This document shows, piece by piece, positions 1 through 12,472 of a stretch of DNA of 64,000 nucleotides. Source of the stretch: Cycas panzhihuaensis. Lineage: Eukaryota > Plantae > Cycadophyta. The DNA lies in assembly GCA_023213395.1 (NCBI GenBank), contig CM041465.1, positions 31,007,741-31,071,740 on the forward strand, read 5' to 3'. Under the pieces are notes generated by a model. It worked only from the letters and a program-made list of their open reading frames with translations, was not told the origin of the DNA and made no database searches. Position 1 is the stretch's first letter, and the number at the start of each line of letters is the position of its first letter. The translations under genes were made by a program, and so were the position numbers.

Positions 1-450
1 TAAGGTGGGTTGATCTCTCTATTAATAGCTTGCAACGATACCTATACACTCTCGTCTTTCGTCTCCTTAAGTAGCTGCTCAATTTCTACTTCCTCATTGG
101 TTGGTGGAGGCTCGTTTTCAAAATTATCTATGTCTGGGATATCTACATCCTTGTTATTCAGCAAGGACACCTCTTTTGCTAGGTATTTATCACTACACTT
201 CTACTTCTCTTCATAGTCAAAGCAAGTTCTTGTTCTTATATGTTTAGCTTTGGATAGTCTATTTCCAGTTGGCCCACCTTCTTTCTCTTTCGTAAGTGGG
301 AGGTTCGATGTTCATGTGTGACCGATTCCAGTTAGGTTGGTAGCTCTGGCCCAAATAGCTTTGACCTTGGTATCTGGGGGGTTTGCAAAAATGAACTTAA
401 CTTTGTGTTACCTCTCGAATCTCAACCTTAACATTTCTTGTTTGGCAGAT

Positions 451-674
451 TGATGATGTTATTGTTTTATGTTAAGATTTTCTTAACCTTCTCTCTCTCT
501 TAAGAGTTGTGCACCTTAGGCTATTCCTATAAGGTGATGACATGTGGCTTCCTCTCTATGGTCACTTTTGTGCTTATGATATACAAGTATGTAAAGGAGT
601 TTACCTATGTAATTAATAATGATTTATGTTCTGCTATCCATCAAGTTGTTTTACTATTCTTGAAGATTTCTTCA
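451..674 (+). repeat. 5' LTR of element A
   Basis: Direct repeat of 27566-27782, followed by the PBS. Confidence 0.9.
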
Positions 675-2108
675 TGGGATCGGAGCAGGCCTAAAGGGAC
701 CAAGGTTTGGAGGCTTTAGGGCGTTGTTAAAAAAAGGCAGGGGGCGGGGGGGGGAGGGGTGGGGGGTGTGACTAAAGGGATGACTCAATGGAGGCTTCAA
801 GAGTCTATTTCAAAGTGTACGAGCAATTGTACGAACTGGTATAGAGGTGTACAAACACTCAGAATCAAAGTACTCAAATCAAAGTGAAATTTTCATAGAT
901 TGGGCGCCTCAGTAGGTTGATCACTTCATTCCAAAGGGGCAACAACAGAGCCAGTCATCATCAACAAGAAATTATGGAAAAGAAAAAAAGTGGGTCTAGA
1001 GCTTTGCCTGCTCATTTCTATGAAAATAATCATCTTTTCTCTGTAAAACTAGTTTTAATCTCTTCCTTTCTGTCAGAGCTTTCCATCAAGTACAATTTTA
1101 CTGTATTTCATCTTAGATTTTGAAAGATATCTACATTTTTTTTGTTTTAAACCCTAGTTGCCTATTGGACTTTTGAGGTTATTTTCTCCTTGCTCATGTC
1201 TTAGACTGAGAAACTGACTACAAATTTGAATAGGTGATCAAAAAATCTTCATTTTAAGCTACACTTTCGTTTTATTGTTCCTGTTGTTCCACCTCCCCTC
1301 CCTATAGCCGTATGATTGTACGGATCCGTATTGTCCTTGCAGATTCGTACAATCTTCCACAGATCAAGTTTTCTTTTTGGAAGTTTTAAAATGGCCTCCA
1401 TCTAGTCCTTATAAGATTAAGGCAACTTCAAACAAGTTAACATGGGCAAACTACTCTTGTTGGAAGATCAAAATGAAAGGCATCCTAACTGCCAAAAATG
1501 CCTAGAAGATTACTGAAGGGTTAAAACAAAATCCTAGAAGTGTTGATATAGTTAAGCAAGTTAGTTGGAAGGATAAAGACAGATATGCCCTTGCATGCAT
1601 TGCCCTTTTTGTTGCAGATTCCTTATTGACTCACATCAGTGAAGCTTCCATTGTTGTAGAAGCTTGGAAAACCTTAGCCTCTCTTTATCCTCAAAAGAAT
1701 TAGGCAAGAATAATTTCTTTAAGAAAACAACTATATCACATTCAGTTGAAAGAAGGAGAACCAGTTTCTAATTTTATCATTAAGATAGTGGATGTCAAAG
1801 AAAACCTTGGCTCTGTTGGTGAGCTTGCTTCAAACATTGAACTAGTGCGAATAAGTTTCCAAAATCATTCGATAATTTAGTCAATACTCTCACCATTGGA
1901 TGTCACGCTACAAACATGACCTTTGATACCATGTGTGGACCTTTGCTACAACAAGAGTAGAGGATTAAGAGGTACAAAGATGAAGGTGAACTTGAAGAAG
2001 CTCTCATGTCTAAATTAAGGATCAGAGGTAGAGGGTTATTTAAAAGTCGGTCAAGAGGAAGAGTGAGGTCTACAAGGGGAAGGTCTAAAGACTCAAAGCA
2101 CCTATTAT

Positions 2109-2657
2109 TGTTAAACCTTTATGTCTAAATGTTAAGTGATATACTTTATAATGTTTTATTAATGTACTTAAGGTAACTTTATGTTAGTGTGACTTATTAC
2201 TTAATGAGATAAAGTACACACCCACATTCTTTCTAGTTGTATGATATTGTAACTTGAGGGTTAATGTACCCTCATGCACTTGTGCTCACGAGAGAGCTCA
2301 AGGGGACACTTGTCTTGCATGCAACTAGCTAGCTTGCATGTTTGACATTTGTCAAACATGCAATGCTTCTAAGTCTATATATATTGAGACTGTATCTCAT
2401 GTATCTCACAAGACAAGAGAGAGTGTTGTATTGTTATGCTGCTAGTTCTATCAATTTAAGCTTCTTATTTATTTGGAGTTTGATCAATTCCTTCTTCTTC
2501 ATATTTGTGTTCTCATGTTTATGATCATTATGCTTATGCTTGTTCATGTGCTTATCTTCATGCTTGCTTGATTAAATGCTAATCATCTTCAGTGTTATAA
2601 CAAACTTTCCTCTTTTAGATCCTAAGGGCCATAGGCTTAATGTCACCATTCTCAACA
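2109..2657 (+). repeat. 5' LTR of element B
   Basis: TGTT...AACA direct repeat of 23791-24320. Confidence 0.92.
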
Positions 2658-4879
2658 TTTGGTATCAGAGATGTGTGAGAAGAGCGTTTTTGTTGCTTTT
2701 TCTGGTTTGTGAGAGGGTTCCAAACCCTTGGTGACAACTTTCGCTCTCCAAAGGCAATCCAAGGCTTAGTTTGGTTATTTTCTAAAATTTTTCACTAATT
2801 GTTGGATATTTTTAAGTTGGAGATCGATTAGTTTATGTTTTGAAATTTTTTCAACCTCATTTTGTTGAGTGTAGTTGAGAAATATTACAAAAATCACTAT
2901 TTTTCTTTGATTTTTTGCAAATAAAAAATTATTTTTGCAGGTTTACTAGCATGTCACTAAAGAATCTTCGTTTTCTAACTAAAAATCAGTCTCATCTTCA
3001 CTCCTCTCAGCGTGCACCTCACATGCAAACATTCATTACTATTTTGGGCAGATTTCTTGTATGTAGGGCAAATATTTTTTAAATAAAAAATACTCATTTC
3101 TCTATAATCTGTTACTATTGCCTCCTTTTGGTGATTAGTGTAGGTGGTACAGCCCTAGAAAAGAGATCTAGAGCATTAGATTAGGGTTTCAAACCCCCAA
3201 TTAAAACCAGTGGCCATTCGATTGTTATTTGGCCCTGTGACCTTGTTCGTCTCTCTTTTGCTTCATTCTCATTGTACAAGACTTTGTTGCTCGTGAAGTT
3301 TGAGAAGAATTGTTTTCTTTGCTATATGACCCTCCTCCAAAAGTTTCAGCTCGATTCAATCAATCTTTGCAGAGATCCATTTGATTAAACATTTCACTGT
3401 TGTGTTGTCGCCGTCCAAAATCTCTCTTTAAAAAAAAAAAAAAAAATCATTTGGTGACTTTATAAATTAAACTTTAGGTTATGAAGTTTAGCATATACTT
3501 GGTATATTCTCTTTTTAATAAAGGGTCTTTTCTTAAAGTTTATTTTTTTTTCAAAATTTTTTAAGTGATATTTTAGCATTCTAAGTATTTTTAGCCTTGT
3601 TTTTTCATTTTCTGAGTTTATTAACATATTAAAAAATTTGCAAATATGTTTTTAAGTCAAAATAAACAATTTTTAATGATCTTTTGTACTCAATAATGAT
3701 AAATTCATATTGTGAATGATTTTATAAGGCTCTCTACAAGGTGACTTTGATGTCCTAGTCATAAAAAATGGTACAAAAACACTATTTTTAATAAAAATCA
3801 CTTATTTTTTTAGGCTAGTTAGGACTATTTAAAGTCCTAACACTTTGGTGGTGATTGTCTACTTGGCGCATGTGGTTAAACTTGCCATTAAGTGGTTGTT
3901 TTTCTGTTCTAAAAAATGAACCCACTTCAAGTACTACATTGAAGCAAGTAATTTCTCATTGGACACATCACATTTTCATATTTTTAAGTTCTCTTGCAAA
4001 CGCTTTGTGTGTTTAATTTTATGTACTCAAATCACTTCTTCTTGAAGCCATTTTTCATTAATATTTCATCAAAGATTGTAAGTAGCAACATCATACACTT
4101 AAGAAAAAATTATCTATGTTAACTTCAACTTTTAAAAATTTGCTTTAAAATTTTGTTGAAGTGGATCGAAAATGCTTAAAACCTTGCCTCTATAATCTCA
4201 AGCTTTGTGCATTCCCTGGGGGACTAACTAACTGTACGGTTAGTGCATGACAATTGGGATTTTCTTTGAAAAGGGGGATTCGAAAAGGGTGTCATTAGGG
4301 CTAAGAATCCTAAGGAAAGCACGGTACGTCTATGCAGATCAACCCTACCTAGCCTTGTCTTAGATTTGGCTTGGCCTACTATTGGATCTATTTATAAAGA
4401 TCAGGGTTGGACAAACTCCTGGCCTAGTCCTCCACCCTTCATTACCCTTTTCAATTGTTGGATCTTCTTGTAAGATCAAGGCTATTGGTGTGTTAGAAGG
4501 TGGAATTTAAGTGATGAAAGCTTTGAGTTTCTAAGTCATCCACTAGCTTCAAGACCTTTTAATCAATTTTAACATTATGGCTACCATCAACATGCTTTAT
4601 GCATGTAACCTTAAACTGAATGGACAAGATAATTATCAGGAATGGAAGAGGCAAACATAGAATCTACTGATAATGAATGAATTTTGGGCACTTGTTTCTG
4701 GGAAAATTTCCAAACCTATACCTTTTGAAAGCCCACATGATAGAAATGTACTTATTTAGCCTGATCTAGTTTTAGTTGTTGCTTAGAAGGTTAAGGATGA
4801 GATTGCTTAGCATTTGTTCCCATGGTTGTTGATGTGAATGTAAACCAAAAGATTGCATGTGCTCATACCTCAAAAAAAG

Positions 4880-5175
4880 TGTTAAGAGTTAATGTTTAAT
4901 ATGTCTAGGAGAATATTATGTCTAAGGGTCATTAATGTTGTAAACTTAAAAAAGTATTGTGTCATGGTCGATAGATTAGTATTAATGTTAAAGTTTAGGG
5001 TCCAATAGAAATGTTGTGTTAAGTCATTATGCACATCTTTGTGTAATGCTTAATTGGAAGATGAAGTTGTGGGAAATTATGGTTGGAGGAGTTAGAGGTA
5101 GAACTAAGTATAAATATGTACTCATCTTCTTTCAATAATGATTAATAGAGATGATTTGATATCCATGTTTTAACA
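4880..5175 (+). repeat. 5' LTR of element C
   Basis: TGTTAA...TTAACA; repeats at 14199-14442 plus 20032-20079. Confidence 0.9.
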
Positions 5176-5539
5176 TGGTATCAGAGTAGGTTGCATCGTT
5201 TGCCAGTGAAGGTTTTGGCATTCAGTTGATAATGCTTCAAGATGTTCGTCTATGAGTTGAGCACAAAAAAGACTTTTCCGTTCCTGTATGAAGATAGGAT
5301 TTGCCTCGTCGTAAATAGTGGTGGGCTATCGTGGAGATTGTAGAGTTGTTGTGCATTTTAGTTGCACCGTATCTATCTGTTGTGAAGTCATGTGACCTAT
5401 CCATCATCGTTGTGAAGCCATTGAAGGTTTTGTGGGCCATTCCAAGAGGTTGTGCACAATTTGTTGAAGTTGGTTGTGATCATATATTATAACTCCGTCC
5501 TACACACGTGATCTACCACATCTCTGACAATACACTAGG

Positions 5540-6058
5540 TTAATTTGACCCCTTGTCTCGCCAATATGCAATCCAACCATTCATTGTGGTTCCTAAAGGT
5601 TTTCTTATGGAAATCAGTTTCAAAAGTTGCTTCCTATATGGTATAAGGACATTCCTAAGACCTGCTATACACATTGATCTATAAGTTTCAGCGACACGGG
5701 GATTTCCCTTGGGCACAATACGAGTTCTCTCCAAGCAATCAAGAAAAGCAATATCTGCTTTCAACATCTCTACCTAATCATGTGTGTTATAACCAATATC
5801 ATGCCAATAACAATAGAAATCCAGCTGATCAATCGGTCTCTTGTCCCATAGAAGAGCACATCGGTCCTTCTTGCTTAACTTGTTTGGCCCACAATAGTCA
5901 CCATATCGAAGAAACACCTGAGAAAGAAAATCTCTAGCTCCTGTATCCCATGGTATCTTAGCCATGTAAGGGATATTGGCTATGTCAATCTTGACGTCTT
6001 GCCTACGATTTCGTACAAACTTTAGAGGCCAAAGATTCAGCAAAAAGTCAAGATTCAT
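5540..6058 (-). pseudogene. Captured intronless phospholipase A2-family gene (plant family recalled as Arabidopsis At4g29070-like), one premature stop
   Basis: ORFs 5774-6070 and 5540-5767 are in the same frame, separated by one TAG. They carry PYMAKIPWDTGARDFLSQVF, the Ca-loop-like RYGDYCGPN, the catalytic region PIDQLDFYCYWHDIGY, and LKADIAFLDCLE...MCIAGLRNVLIPYR. Confidence 0.85.
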
Positions 6059-7209
6059 TCGACTGACCACTATGGATGAATAGGTTCACCAAAGCATTGC
6101 TTAGTGGCGTGGTAACTTGTCGTGCCAGGCTTTGTCGCCACTCTACGTATGCTTGTGAAGTTGAGCTTGTGTACCTTGCACAAAGGATTTGAACCCTACC
6201 TACTGTGCTTAAGATGTTTAGATCTCGAAGAATCAATAGAATCAACCATAAAGGACCGTAGTCTAACAAACGACTTGCATCTCGATACCGTTGTCTTCGA
6301 TGGTTATGACATTTGTTCAATCATTTGCTTCAATGGATCAATTTGTGAAGGATGCATTTGCCCACCATTGGTTAAGTTAACCAATGAGCATGATATTTTT
6401 TGACTTTCAGTAATTCTTCCTTTTTCAAAGGTTTGATTAAGTTATATTGGAATACGATTTGGATTCTGCAGACATAAAATTGAAATAAGGCGGATTTTAT
6501 ATTTTTTGCAAAGACAAAATTGAAATTAATCAAATTGGACTATTATTTCGGATTTGCTAGCTCCCTAGCCATTAAGCCCTTGGTCTTATGTAGTCTTAAT
6601 ATGACCTATTACTATTCTATTAAAGGGGCTAAAGCCTTGACAACCTTAATTGTTTTTTCGTAAGGAGATAATTATACATTTTTCGTCATATCTTCTCAAT
6701 CGGGCATTCGACTCTTGAACTGTTTGAACCACCGAAATCCTCATTCAGCGTACTACAGTTTGGAATGTGATTTAAAGTATTTTGTTACTAATTTGATAGA
6801 GTTATTTTAATTTGAAGTGGACATATGAATCTTGTGTGATGTACTCGTGATCAACTCATTGTCATAGTCATGGAGTTGGATGACATCATCATTTTTGTGC
6901 TTGAAAAGAGTAAGTACTACTTGAAAGACCTTCGTTTTCCCTTACCTAAGTACACAGGAACAAATTATCGATTTTGGGCAATCAAAAAGGAAAGTATATT
7001 TATGTATGCAAAATTATGAAAAATCATCACTGATGGATATGATGCCTTAACTGATGTAGAAGGGGGAGAAAATTTTAGGAAGAAGAATAGAACAATAATT
7101 GATGTTTTTCTTGCTTTATTTGATGAAAGATAAACTTCCTTCTTTCTACCATTTTATCATCCCTGTAATGCGTAATGCTTGTACTACTAAAGAACCCTGG
7201 TACCTTTTG

Positions 7210-10200
7210 TATTAGAATGACAATGCAAAGATAGATGAAGAGTGCCTGATGATCATTATTCAAAGCTCAAGTGATTAAATACAATTAGGGTTTATAACTC
7301 TCCTTGAACCAACTTGTAACTGAAACACATCTGAGTGACACGTGTCTTGTCGATTACGTAAAGATACATATATTAACCTATGACATTGGATATTTGTCTT
7401 TAAGTATTTTAATATATTAGCTACCTATTCATCTATAGGGCAATAAAACACATCTGAGTGACACGTGTTTTGTCGATTACGTAAAGATACATATATTAAC
7501 CTATGACATTGGATATTTGTCTTTAAGTATTTGGAACTTGTCTTTTTCCAGTGGCTTGGTTAATATATTAGCTACCTATTCATCTGTAGGGCAATAGACA
7601 AGATCCACTTCCTTGTTCTGGACCTTTTCTCTAATAAAGTGGTGTTGAACTTCGATGTGTTTAGTTCTGACATGAAATACTGGATTCTTGGTGAGTTTGA
7701 TGGTACTTTGATTGTCGCAATAAAGTGTTGTTGCCCCTTTTTGAGGTTCCATTAGATCATTCATGAGTTGTTTAAGCCATACTGCTTCAGTAGTTGCACT
7801 GACTGCTGATTTGTAGTCAACTTTTGTGGATGACAATGCTACAATGGCTTGTTTTTTGCTACTCCAAGATATTGGTCAAGATCCTAGGAAGAAACAATGC
7901 CCGCTGGTTGATTTCCTTTTCTCCTTGTTATCTGCCCAATCTAAATCACAAAATCTTGTCAACTGAAGAGATTTTTCCTTGGAAACATTAGTTTCAATTC
8001 TGTTGTTCCTTTAAGATACCTCAAAACCCTTTTTGCAGTGTTCCAATGTTTTGTTCTTAGGTCATGCATGTATTTTGATATCAGACCTACAGCATATGAG
8101 ATATTAAGTATGGTTGCTGTGAGGTAGATGAGACTGCCAATGAGTTGTCTATACAGAGTGGCCTCAACACAAGGTTCTCTCTCATCTGGAATTAAGTTAT
8201 AGTTCACTTCCATGGGAGTGGAACATGGGTTGCAATCTTCCATTCGAAATTTAGTTAGTAAGTATTTAATGTATTTGCTCTGGCACAAAGTGATTGAACT
8301 GCTTTGCTGATCAACTTGGATCCCCAAACAGTAGTTGAGAAGCCCCAAATCAGTCATCTCAAATTTGCTGTGCAATTGATTCTTTATATCAGATATTGCT
8401 TTTTCATCATCACCTGGGAGAATCATATCATCAACATATACCACTATTATAGTGATTGTACCATTCCTATTTTTTATATATAGACTTGAGTCTAAGTTGC
8501 TTCTATGGAAGCTATTCTTGCAGAGATGGCTATTCAGTTTGGCATACCATGCACCTTTTCAGTCCATATAGTGCCTATTTTAGTTTGTAGACCAAGTGCT
8601 TTTGTTCCTCTTTGACATAACCCTCAGGTTGAGACATGTAGACTTCTTCTATTTCGCCATTCAGGAAGGCACGTTTTCATGTCCAGCTGGTATATCTTCC
8701 AATTTTTTTGTGTTGTTAGAGCTATAACTGTTCTTACTGTGTTCAGTTTAGCCACTGAAGAGAAAGTCTCTTCATAATCTACACCTATCGTTTATGTGTA
8801 GCCTTTTGCAACTAGCCTGGCTTTGTATTTTCTATTTTTCCATTGGTTCCCTTTTTGATTTTATAGACCCATTTACAATTCACAATAGATTTATTGGATG
8901 TCAGTTCAACCAGTTTCCAAGTCTGGTTTTTGGTTATGGAATTTAGCTCAACATCCATGGCTTTTCTCTACTCAATATGTTGTTTTGCTTCAGCGAATGA
9001 TTATGGTTCTACATGGCTAAACAAGGCTCTTGGTTTTTGACTCCTTGTTCTATGGGGAAGTATTTCACCTTTACCTTCCTCTATAGTTTTGAGGTACCAC
9101 TTGGGAACCCTCTTTTCCTTTTTGCCTTCTTCGGTCCTTGATTCTTCTGGAGAGACTTCTTCATCCTCTAGAGTAGAGTCTGATTGAGAAGCTTGAGGTG
9201 AAACTTGACTCTTTTGAAATGTCTTCTAAAGTTATATCAGATTCTTCTTCTATAGGAGTGACTGGAGAAGTTGTCTGAGATGTTTTCTCTATCATTTGGA
9301 CTTGACTTGTACTTTCTTCTTTGTCTTCTTCATTGAAAACAACATCTTGACTTACATATACTTTGTTTGTTTTTGGATCTATGCACTTGTAGGCCTTGGA
9401 ATTTTTGTTGTATCTGACTATAATGCATTCCAAACTTTTTGAATCTAGCTTTGTTCTTTTTTTGTTTGCTATGTGGACAAAGGCTTGGCTACCAAATACT
9501 TTTAGGTGACTTATATCTGGCTTCCTTCCAGTCCATGCTTCCTCTGGAGTAAGATGGTCTATTGCCTTGGTTGGACTCCTATTCAATAGGTATCAAGCCA
9601 TGCTGACTATTTTAGCCCAATATGTTTTTGGAATATTTTTTTTCATGCATCATGTTGCGAGCCATCTCCATGATGACTCTATTTTTCCTTTTTGCCACCC
9701 CATTAGATTGGGGTGTGTATGAAGTTATGAACTACCTCTGTATTCCAGTGGCTTTGCAATATTCCAAGAAATCTTTGAAGATGTATTCGCCTCTACCATC
9801 GGATCTTATGCATTTGATTTTAGCATCAACCTCTAGTTCAATTTTGGCTTTGAATTCTTTGAATACATCAAAGACCTCTAATTTAGTATGCAAGAAGTAA
9901 ATCTAGATTTTCTTGGTTAAATCATCTATGAAGGTGATGAAGTATCTACTTCCATTGATGGAATGTGGGATAAATGGACCACACAAATCAGTATGGACTA
10001 GCTCTAATTTTTCCTGTGCTCACCATTTACTTTCATGGAATGGCAGCTTGTATGGTTTGCCGAACTGACAACTTTTACATACAAAATTACTTGATATGAT
10101 TGGAGGCAAACCAATTACTAGACCTTTTTTCTCCATATTTTTAAATTTTTCCAAATGAAGATGACCATACTGCAAATGCCATACCTTATCATTATGACTC

Positions 10201-12467
10201 ACTGTAGTACAAGCTTTTACATCGAACAAAATAGGATGTGATAGAAGCCTATACAGGTCATTGCTTTCAACCCCTTTTGCAATTACATGGCCATTATTTT
10301 TCATGCCAAGGATATAACATAATCCTTTTTCATTAAATATAGTACTCAACCCTTTTTTTTAAAGTTGGGAGACAGACAATAAGTCATTTTTAAACCAGGC
10401 ACCAAAAGTACATTTCCAATTTTTTCAACCTTGTCTTTTATTTTAATGGCAATGGTTCCGACTCCTTTAATTTCAAGGGAGTATTTATTCCACCGATTTG
10501 TCAGAAGTGTATGGTCATAGGTTTTCAAACCATTCTTCTCGGCTGGTCATGTGGCATGATGCTTTTGAGTTGATGTACCATACGTCCTTGTCTTGGAGGC
10601 TTTCTGTTAGGGCAACAATGATGGTTGTTTCCTCCTCTTCATCATCATCATCACTAGTCTATTCCTTACTGTAGTTCGCCATTGGCCATTTCCGTCTTTG
10701 GATGTCTGCTTTCTTGCATTGGTATGGAAAGTGTCCTAATTAGTCACAATGATAACACACATCAAATGCCCTACAGGAACTAGCAAAATGACCAATCTTA
10801 CCACAACTATAACATATCCTCTGAGCAATACTATGACCTCGTCCTCTTGCATCTTGCCAACGGCCTCGTGATGGAGTATGACTTTCAGGAGTTCTTCCTC
10901 TTCCTCTATTACGTCCTTTGAATCCCAGGTTCAGTCTGAAGGCAGAAGCATCCTCAAGTTGACCTGCATCCTCATATCTTTTGTTTCTTTGCTCCTGTCT
11001 TAATAGCAATCCTATCAGAGTGTCCATTGTCATTGTTGCTATTTGATCAGTGTTAGTGATGGTGTTCATCATCACATCGAATGATTTGGGTAATTTGCTA
11101 ACCACAAGTTCCACTAACTCCTGATCTGTAACTGGAGCACCCCCACTGGAAAGACTATTCCTTAGTGAAATTACTTTGTGCACGAAATCAGTGATAGCTT
11201 CAGACTCCTTCATGTGGAGTTTGAACAGTTCTTCTTTTAAGGCTATTATCCTAGCCTTGTTCTTTTGTCCATACAAGTTCTCTAGGCACGGGGATCAGAA
11301 ATTGATAATTTCAATATTATAACCCTTGTTCTATCTCGTTCTTCCCAACTGGTTTGATTAGGCCTAGCATCCTTAGGTTTGGTTTCAACCCTTGTTGAAA
11401 TTCTCTAAGCAATTTTTGCTCTAAGAAGGGTCTCTATCTTTATTTTCCAAATATGGTAGTTGTTGTCAGTGAGCTTATCATTATCAAACATAGCTAAGAT
11501 AGAAGAAGCCATTTTTGAAGGAAAAACTATGTTTTGACTGCCCTAGGCCGTACAATAGTACAAATTTTTGCACGGTACCTGAATGGTACGGATGGAATCA
11601 AGACCTACCTCAAATGAAAGGTCTTGATGAGTATATTAGAGATATGCAATTATTTGTTTGAAACAATTTCTGATCTGGAAGAAAAATGGCTTGAAATCTC
11701 CAAAGGGGCAATTAGAGTTTTTCTCTATTTTGCAAAAGTCTCAAAAAATCTTTGATGAAAAGCTTCAAGAGATCATTCACTGGAGTTGTATGCTCTAAAC
11801 AAAAGATTTGGACAGAGTTTACCTGGAGATTTGATTAGATTTAAGTGAAATCTTCAGATTTCCTTCTAAACCCGTGCGGCTGGTAAAAGGCCAAAACCCC
11901 CCTTCAAACGACCTCAAATCACTTCGATGTAGAAGAGAAAAATGTAGAGGACGTTGAGATCTTCAATCTGGGTGAGTTTTGTCGAATTCTAAGACTGAAA
12001 TTTTTGAGTCCGTATGACTGCACGGTTCCGTACAGGCAATTCCGTACCCTTTTGGTACTTGCTTTCTTCTTTGCTTTTGCTTTGCTTGAGGTCTTCTTGT
12101 CTTCCTCTTGCACTTCTTCTGGTGCTTGCCTCCTCCTTTGCTTCAGCTTCGTTTGAAGTCCTTTGTCTTTCTCCTCTACAACTTGTCCTGAAGTTGTACT
12201 TGTCTTTTGTTCTCGACTTCATAGAGACCCTCTCTCAATTAGGCAGAATGACCTGCTCTGATACCATGTTAGAATGACAATGCAAAGATAGATGAAGAAT
12301 GCTTGATGATCATTATTCAGTGCTCAAGTGATTAAATACAATTAGTGTTTGTAACTCCCCTTGAACCAACTTGTAACCGAAACACATCTGAGTGACACGT
12401 GTCTTGTCAGTTATATAAAAATACATACATTAACCTATGACATTGGATAAAACATTACATTCTAACA
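7210..12467 (-). mobile_element. Element D: Ty1/copia retrotransposon inserted in the gag of C
   Basis: 5' LTR 12267-12467 and truncated 3' LTR 7210 to about 7392. Perfect TSD TTTTG at 7205-7209 and 12468-12472. PBS (reverse complement) gctctgatacca 12255-12266. gag ATG 11512 with zinc knuckle CYSCGKIGHFASSC, then IN, RT (YVDD, ORF 7959-8444) and RNase H (7576-7836). Confidence 0.93.
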
Positions 12468-12472
12468 TTTTG

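Noticed and set aside
2342-2524. ORFs recurring at 2342/23946 and at 14655/19741 as duplicated small genes
   Set aside because: They lie inside paired LTRs of B and E, so the repetition is LTR duplication rather than coding conservation.
6122-6403. 93-aa ORF next to the PLA2 cargo as a second captured gene
   Set aside because: It has no recognisable motif and no ATG start, and it resembles the leader sequence of element C.
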